DNA of 64,000 nt. Origin: Harriotta raleighana. Its lineage: Eukaryota. The notes below the pieces were generated by a model, which saw nothing but the letters and a program-made list of their open reading frames with translations, ran no database searches and was not told where the DNA came from. Positions 49,661 to 62,100 of the stretch are shown in pieces. Numbering within the stretch: position 1 is the first letter of the stretch; each line of letters begins with the position of its first letter. Made by a program: the position numbers and the translations under genes. Location of the stretch: contig JBNZDD010013687.1 in assembly GCA_050575255.1 (NCBI GenBank), forward strand, positions 1,276,751 to 1,340,750. The letters are read 5' to 3'.

Positions 49661-50811
49661 AAAAGAAGACTGGGTAATATGACAAGAAGAAAAAGTTTCC
49701 GAGGCTCTCCACCTCTTACTTGAGCTTTTAGTGAAAATAGTTGGGATGGGTCTGGACACAGTTTGCAAATGATATTAAAGGGAAGCCAAGAGTTAGAGTG
49801 TATTTTACTAACTGTTTTAGAGTAATTAAATTTGCGGGGCTTCAGTGGAGAAGTTTTTTTTTCTCTTCCCCCCCATCCCCTTAAATTGAAATTGCAAGCC
49901 GTTTGATGCAGGGGGGAAAAAAAGGGGTTTTGGAATCAGGGTATTCCTTAGGGAGAAAATGACATCAGGCAGCTTCCTGCATTAACAAGGAAGGCAGGAC
50001 ACTGACAGTAAGTCAGAATAGGGAAACCTCACCCATGCATTTCTAAACTCATCAGCAGTAATCAGCATGAGAAGAGACTTTCTAGCTCAGTTTAAAACAA
50101 AAGGCAGCAAAGGGGAACCACAAGCTAGCAAGTGGTGGAAAGGTTGCAGGAGGAAAAGGCAGAAGAAGAAAAAAAAAGCTAAGGCTGGAACGTAATCTTT
50201 TCCAGCAGGGCAGCAAAAGGTTCTCAAGAGAGCCAAGATGATATCCATTAAAATTCAGCCACTGTTAATAATGTTAAGCTTGGAAACCACCAGTGATTTT
50301 AATCTTTTATTTACTAATTTATGACTGTAAAACAATTAATCTGCTCAACACTATGGATTAAATTTTCCCACTGGCGTTGTCGGTTGAGCAGTATTTAGGA
50401 AAAGCAGTAGCGATTTTAACGCAAGGTTCTTACAGCTACATTACAACCTGACTGAATTGTGTGCTTTTATAGGGGTAAAGCACCAATTTATGATGCAAGT
50501 GGGGTCGTGCATATTACGACCAGGATTTTTGCAAGACAATGTCAACAGTGATCTATGACATAATTAAGACACATCTGCAACTGGCACTAATATCATTGTA
50601 AAGAAAAGATCAGAATGTGCGACACAGACTCAAGTCACCAACTAGCAACGGCAGAGACAGCTGTAATTGTCAGTAACCCATATGTACACAGATAACTTAG
50701 ATCCACGAGCAAGCAGAGGTGCTCCTATCCACAAGAGTAGTTCTAGGTGTTCTACAATCACCATCTGGCATTTGGATCAGCGGAGTATTCTGAAGCGGGG
50801 AGGTGGTTAAT

Positions 50812-50925
50812 GATAATAAGAATCTTTGCGTTTGATATAGTGCCCTATCATGTCTTCCAGGTGTCTCAAAGTGCTTGGCAGAATATACTGTCAAATAAAT
50901 TGACTGTATATTTTGTGGGTAAAAC
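50812..50925 (-). mobile_element. SINE tail fragment
   Basis: aatctttgcgtttgatatagtgccctatcatgtc...tctcaaagtgcttggcagaatatactgt...ttgactgtatattttgtggg. Confidence 0.8.
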
Positions 50926-52287
50926 AATGGAGGTATATTTCTCGCTCCTAATTGCTCTCATTGATTGAAGAGAGACTGGTCGGTCCCCCGTGCACAAAGA
51001 AGGCCACAAGCCAGTTAATGTTACTCAATTGCTGGTTATATCCAAGAGCTTAAAAGGGACTGTTTTTGAGCAGCCGCTGAATGGATTCCCCTTGCCTGCG
51101 TTTTTACTCCAGCAGTAATTACCGCCACCTTGCCAGTAGCAGTGACAATTATTACAAATCATATTTAATTTTAATGCAACATTCAGGCTCTGTCCAGCGA
51201 TTACTCTGGCACTTAGCTCCAGCTACCAGTCTCTTATCATAAGACTGCTAAACTACAACTACAAGGGTCATTGTGGAATAGTCAGTAAAGTTGCATGATC
51301 GGGGTTGAAGGTGGTTTTAGCCTGTCAGACTCCAGCAGTTACCCTCAAAGCCCACTCTGGGATTTCCAAGCCTAATATTGTTGCCAACCTGGGCCCAATA
51401 CTTTCTGGAATTAGGCAACAGGATCCAATCCTCCAGGGAAGAGAGGGCGTATTCCATTCCAACAATCTGTCTCTGGATTTCCATGTGTAGGTGAGATGTT
51501 TGGATGCTCTTAAGCATGGTGGTGGGTCGGACACCCAGGTGACCAAAATAAAATAAGTGGACCACTTGCATTATTGCATTGCTATTTGATTCAGTGTTAA
51601 ATGCCACTCAAAGGGCATTCCAGGAGGCTCGGTCAATGACTGGACTGTAGCTCCTAGACAATGTGATTCTTCTGCTCCGCCAAAAGTTTAGCTCCTCCTC
51701 AGAGACAAGCAGAGAGAGACAAACATGGCAGTCATCAGTTCGAGTCTCGGTACAAATATCTTGCTCAATGCTTTTTTTTTTAAAGGATCTCCTGCAGTCA
51801 CTCAACATTTTTCTCTAGCTTTCTTTCCAGATCCTATTCACTGAGGAAACAAGTTTACAGAATTGGGAATTTCTGCAGGGTGGGATTGGGGAGGGTACAT
51901 GCACTTCTACAGAGGTATTATGTTTCGCTTTCCAGGGACTCTCCACTGAAAGCTCCTTCACACTTAATAACTCTTCCTGCCGTCTTTCAAACATTTCTGC
52001 TGCCTCTCACCATTAGACTATTTAAATAGGATCAAGTGCGTAATTTGCATTCAATTCAGGTGCAATCCAGCTCAGCATCAAACCACACTGTTTTAAGCAC
52101 TCCGAGATGCTTACCATATAAAGGATGCAATATAATTGCAAGTTATTGCTGTTGCTTTTGCTGTTCAAAGCAATAGAAGAAGGGGCCTTTTTTCTCTGCC
52201 AGAAACAGCATATTTTACTTGATTGAAACCATTTTTGCTCGTGGTGAGTTTGAGGGGAATCAGCCCCATATTCGTCAATACACACAG

Positions 52288-52446
52288 TAATAATAATCCT
52301 TGCGTTTCATATACCACCTAATCATGTTGTTGAGATGTCTGAAACTGCTTTGCAGAATATAGTATAAAGTGGATTTGGTGGGTGAAACTCAGCACCCAAT
52401 TGCGCACAGCAGTGTCACACAAACAGTTGTGGATTGAGTAACAAAA
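52288..52446 (-). mobile_element. SINE 3' half
   Basis: taataataatccttgcgtttcatata...ccaattgcgcacagcagtgtcacacaaacagttgtggattg. Confidence 0.8.
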
Positions 52447-53424
52447 GGAAGCTGGTAGTCACTTCCAACTAGGTGTTGGCCAATTATTCCAAATCTACCC
52501 AAACAAATTATCCTAAATAGAGGACAATATCTTGAGAAAACACAGTTGATGCGGAGAGATTTTCTTTCTTTTTTTTTTACACACACACCTAGTAATATAT
52601 TGAGAGTTAGTCATTTTTCTTTGAGAGTCATTTGATTTGACAACAAACTCACAGCACAGACAATCAGTTGGCATCTGGTATACTGTGCTAGGCTAGAAAA
52701 TGTCTCAATAAAAACAAACCAATATTTCAGTGTTCATAGCTTTCTCCGAAACAAGTGCTACTTTCTAAAAGACGCAATGAATCAGGTTGCTCTTCTCCCT
52801 CTATTGACATACAATATACTTTAAAATGGTATTGTTAGGCTTATTTGGAAACAATTTGAACAGAACTGCTTCTTAAAAACTGCTACAAAGCATCTTTCTG
52901 TGGAGATCTAAAATATCAATATATGCTGCTAGGTTTTGTATAAACGTAAAGATAGATAGGATGTGAAAAGGCGATTCACCTCATTAACTCTCCACATTGG
53001 GTAGTCCTGAATAAGATTCAGTCAGCCCATGTCCAAATCCATCCTATTTTGATTTGTGTTGGGACATCATGGTTTCAAGTCTGATCAACATTGTTAACAA
53101 AGCTAGGCAATTTGTGCACATTTTCAGTTACTGGACTAGACTGGGAAAGATATTTATGTCTGAAAGTAAAAGCGAGAATATTGAAATTGTTTATGGTAAA
53201 AATAATTGGCTGTCATTCAAAGTGAACCAGACCAACACAAACACAGGATGGATGCCTGCTTGCATGGTTCAAATCTAAGGTTTGTTTTAATTAAGGTTAT
53301 TGATGAAATGTCACATTAATTACAATTATGTATATATAAAATTCCTATCAAATATTAAAACACATAATTGAAACTCTGTACGATTTTAGTGTTAAAAGTT
53401 CAGAAAGGTTGATGACGTTTTGTG

Positions 53425-53728
53425 ATTGGAGTGATTGTGTATTTGTGAGAGAATGCCGCAACCAATTTGCAAACAACCATGAAGTGGATGACCAATTTTA
53501 TTTGGGATGAGGTGAAACAGGTGTTGTTGGCTATGACATCAAGAAAATCTCTTCTTTTGAATAGTATGATGGGATCGTTAACCTTCACAAACAAACAGAC
53601 CTTGGTTTATTGTCTCCTCCAATGGACGGTATCACAAACAATGCAACCCCCCCCCAGTGATGCACTGGCTTGAACCCACAACTTTGTGACTCAGAGGGAA
53701 GAGTGACATCACTGAGCCAGACTGACAC
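53425..53728 (-). mobile_element. Deu-domain SINE (SacSINE1-like)
   Basis: ttgaatagtatgatgggatcgtt...cttggtttattgtctcctcc...gcttgaacccacaactttgtgactcagagggaagagtgacatcactgagccagactgacac (core plus tRNA-like head). Confidence 0.8.
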
Positions 53729-55862
53729 ATGATATGGGGGAAAAAATACCCCCAAAAACATTACACACAGCTCATTTGATAATTATAAGTGAAAAACATC
53801 AGTGTCCAAGGTTATCAAAGGTGATATGTTTGAATTTTCCCTCAGCAGAATCTGTTATGAAAGGTCACATTTTTTACTTCTTTATTTCTCAATTCATGGT
53901 GTAATTCTTTGCAGATTTAATGCAGATGTTTTCTACCTTACAAAGCTTTGAGCACAGAGAAACACTGCAGTACTTCCAGTTCATAGATGCAGAAACTGCA
54001 GATCCAGAACTTCCCCAAACTCTTTGTATTACTTTGCATGGCTGACCAACCCCCACGTCTCCCCGAGGCAGACTGCAGTAGGAATTATATAGTCTAATAT
54101 AAGGACTTACTAGTGTTTAATCACTATTACAATAAATCATGTGAATATCACATACATTCCACAAAGAATTATACCCACGTGAGTGATTTAATAGAGCACA
54201 AGAAAAACCTGAGAAAAACAGAGAAATCACAGATAATTACACTCATTCAGTCACTTAAAGGAACTGCAAGCTAGAAATTCAGCCTAATTATGCCGATTGT
54301 AACAAAAGGAATTGATGAAATATTTTAGCATTGGTATATGCTGGTTGCAAAATTTAATATATTTTAAAAAAACATTATTATTATATTGCAGCAACACAAT
54401 AAATGCACAATGAGTAATCTACCTTTCTGAATTTTCTCCCTACAGAAAAAAAAACCTCCCTTTACCCTATTTGCTGTCTGTCCAGGTTATGCTAGTTACT
54501 CATTCTTCCTCGCCTTCCAACACCTTGGCTTCCTCCCCAGACGAGGGAGAATTAGATTGATGTAATGGGAAAGAAGATGTTGCATATAATGGTTATTGCT
54601 TACCTCCCCTTCGTTGGCCTTGAGAATTGGGCAAAGCTCATTAATGGGTGAGAGAAAGCATTGCAATAATTACAAAGGGGTTTCACTCACACTAAATTAA
54701 GCTTCACCTCATGCTCATGAGCAAGAAACATAGCGGTAGGCAGGGAAAGGGACAGAGAGCAAGTAAAAAAAGGCGAGAAGACTGGACAGTGAATGAGAAG
54801 GGAGTGGAGGTTTGGATAGTGAATGAAAGGGCAAAAGAAGCCTAGGGGACTAGGAAAGTATGCCTGGACAGTGAGTGTAAAAAGAGTGGCAACATAGATA
54901 ATGAACGGGAAGGCAGGAGAGATAGGTATTGAATAAAAAAAGAGGAAAAGGTTATAGCTAATAATCCTAACCATGTTAACTTCTCATTGACAAGTTTATA
55001 AAAAAATTAGGACCCATCTCACTCACTCTCTGTCTCATCCTTTGCGGAAATGGAGGTTCTGGCAAAATGTTCAGTAGTGCATTTGACTTTTACTATGAAT
55101 TTCTACCAGAGAAAGAATGAGGATCAGGCAATTTATTTTTGAGAACAGTTTAATCAGGAAGCAGATCCCTTGGCAAATGACTGATCTTAATTATTGGTTA
55201 CATTGAATTGTAGAACTCAGGGCTACAATTAGCCAGAATGTTTCAGAGCCCTGTGGAGAGGTGGAACACAGATTTACATCTGAGGTTCCCTTGATATGTA
55301 GAGCTGCTGATCTCAGTCATGGCTCCATGGCTAAAATGTGTCCACAGGCAGGAAAGGGAAATTGGATAGTTATGTTTGAGACTCTATTGACTGCTTTTCA
55401 AACGCCATCAAAACAGCATCAATTCACCAGCCTCTCCTTACAGCCACAGGTAGTGAGGTGCAAGGAAAACAAGAACAAGACAGAGCACTTAAAATGAGGA
55501 CGTCATAGAGAATCTCACGCAAAAAAAATTGTATTCTGAAACAAAGAACTCACCAGCTTCAACTGGAGCAGCTATTAATATTATTGACAACTGGGGTAAA
55601 TAAACACTTCCACAATATATTTTGCACTATATTCTTGGAAGCAGCTGAAAAAACTGTACTCTTGCTGTATTTTTATCTTCACGTTTAATTGATCTCTCCC
55701 TTTAAGAACTTCTTACACATGGACCATTCCAAGGTTGATCGGTTAGCAAATATCCTGGCCCTGGATTGTGGCCACAATCATTTGTTAGCCAGTTGAAAGA
55801 CTGCTTGTCCCTTCCTTCTAGTGAGTGGAGATGTATCTGAACCTCAATGTCTTTGGCAAACA

Positions 55863-56511
55863 TGCTGCTGAAATACTAGTCCACGCCTTCATCACCTCAA
55901 GGCTGGACTATGGGAACTCTCTCCTCGTGGGCCTTCCCGGCTCTTCCATCCACAAGCTGCAGGTCATCCAGAACTCTGCAGCTCGTGTACTCTCCCGCAC
56001 CAGGCTTCGAGACCACATTATTCCCACCCTCGCCCATCTCCACTGGCTCCCCATCCCCCAGAGGATTGAATTCAAGATCCTCATCCTTACCTACAAGGCC
56101 ATTCACGGCCTTGCTCCCTCCTACCTCTCCGACCTACTATCCCCCTATCTACCTGCCCGTATTCTCCGTTCCTCTGGCTCTGGCCTGCTCCACATCCCCT
56201 GCCCTAACCGTCCTACCATTGGCGGCCGGGCTTTCAGCCGCTCAACCCCCAGGCTCTGGAACTCCATCCCCCAGTGCCTTCGCCTCGCTTCCTCCCTTTC
56301 CTCTTTCAAGGCCGGTCTCAAGACCTTTCTCATCGACCGTGCCTTCAGCTCCCCTCTCAAGTCTCTACCCCCTCCTTGCTCTCACCCTTCCCCCACCCCC
56401 CCTCCCGCCCTGAACATTTCCCCCTGCTCGGGTCCTAAACCAACTGTCCAGCGCCTTGGGACGTCCTCCTGATGTGAAATGCGCTCTATAAATGTAATTT
56501 TGTTGTTGTTG
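55863..56511 (+). mobile_element. 5'-truncated L2 LINE with uninterrupted ORF2 C-terminus and an 11-bp target site duplication
   Basis: The ORF 55825-56472 contains [21 protein letters not shown]...QNSAARVL...[21 protein letters not shown]...RAFS...LWNSIP...FKAGLKTFL. The flanking direct repeat tttggcaaaca is at 55852-55862 and 56512-56522. Confidence 0.95.
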
Positions 56512-56849
56512 TTTGGCAAACAAAGTGACCGATCCAAAAAAAAATCATACTACAGAGCAGATTGGAGAACAAATGGTCCAGCTCCATACCTCACTACACT
56601 TTAGCTCTATGGTAGAAATGGTTGTAGATTTTTCAAAGAGTTGCATATATTTTACAGTGTGTGAAACACCCACAAGGTCTTTTCAGGCGGACAACTACAA
56701 ATATTTGACTTTCCTTTTAATAATGAATGATGGCGAGCTGGGGGGGGAGTGGGGGGCAGCAGTAGGTGACCACAAATATAACTTTGTCGCATTCATGTAA
56801 TATGACCATTGTAACATTGACCATAAAAACTAGAGGCATGAAAAAAAAT

Positions 56850-57330
56850 CACAAACAAATTAAGCTACAAACGTAATTCCTGACTAATTACACGTCTCCT
56901 CGCTAAAAGTGTCCAGTTTTGATTCTGCTATCACATATGTAAATACGTAATGTTCCATCATCATTAGCACATCAAATTAGCAAATTACTAACAATTCTCA
57001 CCTTTGTAATATATTTTTTGGGACTGGTGTTAGAATCTATTATTGTGCTTCTTCACATCCACGCTATGAAATGTATATTAAACTATCTGTACTTGTTACA
57101 AGTATGTAACGCTTTCAGGCCAAGTGGGAGTTAATGCAAATCAGAGTATTTGCTCGAAATGTGGAAGCAAATGTTTAATTTATTTTGGGTTTTTTCTTGT
57201 ATGTGAATCAAACCTTTCAACTAATCATGACAGACTTTATAGATAAATTACACTTTCAACGGCTGAAGCACTGGCGTATGACCAAAAGAACTGCAAATTG
57301 CATATCAGATGTTTTCTGCCTTCGGTAGGA
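56850..57330. promoter_or_regulatory. Candidate conserved non-coding element rich in homeodomain and POU motifs
   Basis: Multiple TAATTA/ATTA cores, ATGTAAAT, and an octamer ATGCAAAT at 57134-57141. No repeat similarity seen; conservation was not tested. Confidence 0.3.
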
Positions 57331-58841
57331 GGATTGAATTCAGAAATAAATGAATTGCAACAATATGTTGTTTACAATATACTCAGCCTAGGTATGCTGT
57401 GCATGCACACTGTTTAGTGGAGTTATGGATACAATAGCAGTGATTATTGATGGATCTTACAACTAGTTTTTTTTGCTAGGGTATTAACAGCACAACATGT
57501 GTTTTGATGGTCACTTGTAGAATCTCAGCAAAGAGAACAGACAGGAAGAGTTTGCTTGTCCTTTACAGACCGGTTTTCCGATAGTACTGCACTGAATGGA
57601 TTATTTTTGAAAATGTTATTCAGGGTTCAGATTTCTGTATGGACAACAAGCTCCACTGGATGGAAAACTTTACAAGCATTTGGCTTTGCACCATATTGTT
57701 TTGTAAACTATTTTATTAAAATTCCATTGCACTGGATTAGACTAAATAAATTCAGTAATTGCTATAACAGTAGGAGTACCTGTCAGGCTGTTTACTCATG
57801 TTGACCATCGTTTTAGAAATTTGGGAAATTGGGAACAGCACCAGCTGTAGATTCATGTGGAAAAATTGCTGGGACTAAACTCAATACATTTCAATTGCAG
57901 ACAGTGCTGTCTGCCCAATACAAGCGCCATTTGTGCCAGCTACAGAAACTGTGATATATGGAGCAATACTTTGTTGTTAAATGTCAGATTTTCCATTTTC
58001 TTTCCACTGCGACCAGCAACTAGAACCATATTTTATTAAGGGGCCGCACGCCTGCTTAATCCAGGGAAAGTTAGGACACAAGTGCATCATCAGTTCTCCA
58101 ACCATCCAGTGTATTTGCACACCAACCTAAACCTTGCTATTTTCCTGATCCACCGAAATTTCAGATGCAAATATCCACCAATAGATTTCACATCTTGATC
58201 TAGATGCCAATTGATCTTCAGTGATTCCCTTTTGCTCTGCATATGCCTTGGGTTCTGTGCAGCCATAAAACAGCAGAATTTCCCTCAATCCAACTGATAG
58301 AAATTCATCCTTGCTTCAGAAGCTTTAAAGCTTTGATACTCCACCCGTCCGCAGGGAACATACAAATATCCACACAATGTACTGTATACATTTTACAATT
58401 GCAACAATAACATTGTTTTATCAAAAATTTAGACACCATTAGAAAATGTCGCTTTGCTGCAAAGAATGACATGGCGACCTAACAATTACAGCAAACACTT
58501 GGTTGAAAATTGTGGAGGGCGACAAGCATGTATGGGAAAGGGAACAATTTTGTCTCTCATTAACGTGCCAATAATTGAATGCTGGTCATACATAATAATC
58601 GACGGCAGTTATTTTTCTTGCTGCACCTTGAATGCACCTAAATCACTATGCATGGAAATGGCACTCTTTTCATCTTGTGAAATAAATTAAAATACTGTGA
58701 AAATATTTACTTTAGCCTATGCAATTACAATTTAAAAAAAACTAAAAATGTGCTCCTTGTGTGTTCCTATTAGAATTGCGGAAACTCGGCTAAAAAGCTT
58801 GCAAGAATATCACGCTACTTTTCGTTGTCACTCACTCTGTA

Positions 58842-58999
58842 GCTGTGTGAGTAATCGATTGCCACATTTTGCCCACAAAAATACAGTCAAACCACGTTAC
58901 AGTATACAGTAAACGTTACAGTATACAGTATACACTTTGAGGTAGCTCGATGGTGTGATAAAGGTGCAATATCAAATGCAAAGATTCTTATTGATTATT
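58842..58999 (+). mobile_element. SINE 3' half with internal tandem duplication
   Basis: ttttgcccacaaaaatacagtcaa, a duplicated acgttacagtatacagta, and a tail atcaaatgcaaagattcttatt. Confidence 0.75.
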
Positions 59000-59062
59000 T
59001 GTCCACTTGTGGATCATATAGGCAGAGCTTTTATCATAACCCATTTTATCATAACCACTTTT

Positions 59063-59112
59063 AATTGCCGATCATATGCATCAAGAGCAGTTGATGCATA
59101 TGATCGACAATT
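59063..59112. repeat. 22-bp inverted repeat with 6-nt loop (foldback hairpin)
   Basis: aattgccgatcatatgcatcaa-gagcag-ttgatgcatatgatcgacaatt, 21 of 22 positions complementary. Confidence 0.9.
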
Positions 59113-62100
59113 TGTGGATGGTTTACAAAACATGCGATATCTAAGCACTAGAAGGTGGCCCGGAGAGCAAATAAAAAGTTGAGGGGAGAGTTATCACATT
59201 CTGAGACCGTAGGAAACTCTGTGGTCTGCAAAGCTTGGGAGGTCTTCCAGCAAGGCACACATTTCCCTTGTCTGAGAGACCTTTTAAATGGTCTCCTTGT
59301 TAAGCCTGAAATGACACTTCTATGACAGGCTGCATGAGAGATTTAGACAATGAAGCAGACTGCAGCACTGATTATTTCCACTCTCTTGATTGGCAGTTCA
59401 CGCCCATCTAACAATATCGAAATACACTTTGCTGCTAATTTTCTAGAAGACAAAACTGCTCGTATTTCAAGGTCACCTTATTGAAGAGTTTAAAGCCAGA
59501 TTTTTGCAAGATGTGTATGTTTACAAGAACACACATCAGTGGTCACTAGGGAAGATAAGCTGTTTGAGAATAAAGAGAAGCATTTCCTTATACAGCTCAC
59601 ACATCACTGAAGCAGATAAAATTGGTGATGCCCATTCACACGCTTCCTGTGCTTAAGCCATTAGGAGCACAGTCCAATAAATATATATTCATCAGTTACA
59701 TTCAACATTGGAGAGAGACCACATAAATGCCCTGAACTAAGATAAAATGATGTTACTTCAACGCACAGAGTCTCTGACTGTTTTATTTTATTTTCCTGGA
59801 TCTTTTCCAAGCGTTGCGGCAACCTTTTATTTAGATTCATTGGATCAAGTTTTAGACCTGTGCTTTTGTTTGATGCTAGCTGGTAATGAAGAGCTCTTCA
59901 GCTAAATGTAGCTTTATTTCACCATTAGCTGAAGCCCTTGAAACAGTCATTGAGGAAACAGAGTTTAAAGCCCTTCAAAGTCAAGGCGTTTAGTGCCACT
60001 CTTGTATCAATCAAGACTCCCCTCCAGTAAGTGCTATTTCCTCTCTGTGCTCACATTTACATGAAATATTCATAAAGCATTCAGTTGTGCTCTTCAGTCT
60101 CCTAATAATCACTTTTAAGAAGAAGCTGCAATCATCTCAGTCAGGGCAGGGTGTTATGGGATGTGCTGTACCTTTCAATGCCAGGCGTCCTGCAGATTAC
60201 TAGTTTTGTAATGAGGTGATTGACATCACAGGCTACTAAAGGGTCTCATCACAGATCCAGACAACTATTGCCTGTTGTCATGTCTCACAACTCTCTTGCA
60301 ATTGTTCATTTGGGCATTGGCGTGGAAAAAACAACTGAGTAAGCAATATAATTTCTGTCAATTTATAATTGAAAAGATTTAAAGTGCAAGCGATGCCGTC
60401 TTTAATGTTTTGCAGGATTTGGAAGAATCGGTTCATAAAAATTATTGTGACATTCTTTAACAAACACAATCATAAAAAGCCTTTTGTCAATAAATAGCTA
60501 CATTAATTTTAACTTTAAAAATTGATAAAATTGATTATCTATATTTTTTTATGTGCACACTGGCTCCAGACCATGAATAAAACCTTTCATTTACCTTGGT
60601 TGCTTTGTTCCATAAAGAAGTTAGTAAATGAGCAATGAACATGGAAAATTCAGTTCATATAGAATAGAAGCCAGGAAGAGCCGGTGGGGGGGGGGGACAC
60701 AGGGGGGGAATTCCATTGGTCCGTAAAGTTAGTGACCTCGGCCACATGTGCTTGTAATGGGATTTCTCCCATTATAAACTCACACCGCTGAGGTTACAAT
60801 TGCTTAAGGGACGAGTCTCTAATTGAGGTCTACTCTGGACCCCAGGTTAGCTAAAGAGATCGCCCCCACATGATGAACATTAAGTGTCACAAGAAAATTG
60901 GTTCTGTCAATCATTACTCATGACCTAGTAACGTGGACTCTAACACATTTATTTTATCTCTGATATCCTCTTCTCATTGTTACATCTGTGCTGGATTGAC
61001 CTGTGCTGGGAATGGCCTATGCCCTGAATCAAACTCCATTGGTCTAAATGCCATTATATTGCCAATAGCAAGGTGTAGCCCATTGAGAACAGGTTTCATG
61101 CTGGTAATCCTCTGGTTATGGTACAATGTAAGCGACCTGTGCTGGTATTTCTTTTCTGAGATCACTAGTTCAAGGTAATATTGACATTCACGTATTTATT
61201 TTCCGGACATCACCATCCTGACTGGTATTTTGGAAGAATACATTTCAAAGAGGGTTTTCAGTGCAGTTCCTTTTTTTTGCGGCGAGCAGCACTCACGGGT
61301 CAGGCTTTTGTACTGCAGTCAGGTAAACAGTTAAAGTACTTTCATGTCCATTGTTGGTGTGTTAGGTGCCCACAGATCACACACCATTTGCCAGGCTAAG
61401 GTGGCAAGCCCGCCTCTAAAGAAACACGAGGATAATCACGACCATCACGACCCACTGGTGCTTAATTGAATCAACTCCAAAATACATGGGAAATGACCAG
61501 AGTTGCTGAGGATTGGTATTGACTTCTACCTAAATTATCAATGCTACACTCTGTTGCAATGTGTAATGAAAACGGTGCTTTCACATATTGAACCTTGTGA
61601 TCATTGGTTAAGATGTGGAGATGCAGTGTATCAAACAGCATTTTGCACAAGATCTTCTGCACATTAAAAATCAATGAATCCAAGTCATTCAGACTGCACC
61701 AAGTGTTCCTATGGGGATTACAATTGGAATGGAACAGGAGAGGAAAGCAAAATATGTGATATATTTAAGTAAATGTACAAATAATATGAAATGAGAGGGC
61801 TTCTATTGTTCTGTATCCTGCTGCACTGAGGACACAATTATTCTAGCACTTGAAAGATAAGCCTCAAAATCTTAGAAGGCTTTTAAAGCAACTCCACATT
61901 TTCCATCTCCATTCCCATATATAGCATGTTTGAAGATGGGGAGGAGAGATGGATGGCATGGTGCAAGTCAGTATTTGATCCAGTTTTCTCAGGGCACAGG
62001 CTTACATTTTATTATCTTTGAGTTTGTTCTCAATATTGTTCATATTTCATTTCTGAGTTTAGAGTTGGAGATCAGAGTGCGGAATTTGGAAAGCCAATTA

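Noticed and set aside
53822-53833. tgatatgtttga matching the 5' part of miR-190
   Set aside because: The match stops after 12 nt and no hairpin partner is visible.
55825-56472. 215-aa ORF as a host gene
   Set aside because: It is the C-terminal part of L2 ORF2 in a 5'-truncated insertion; the start codon comes from flanking DNA.
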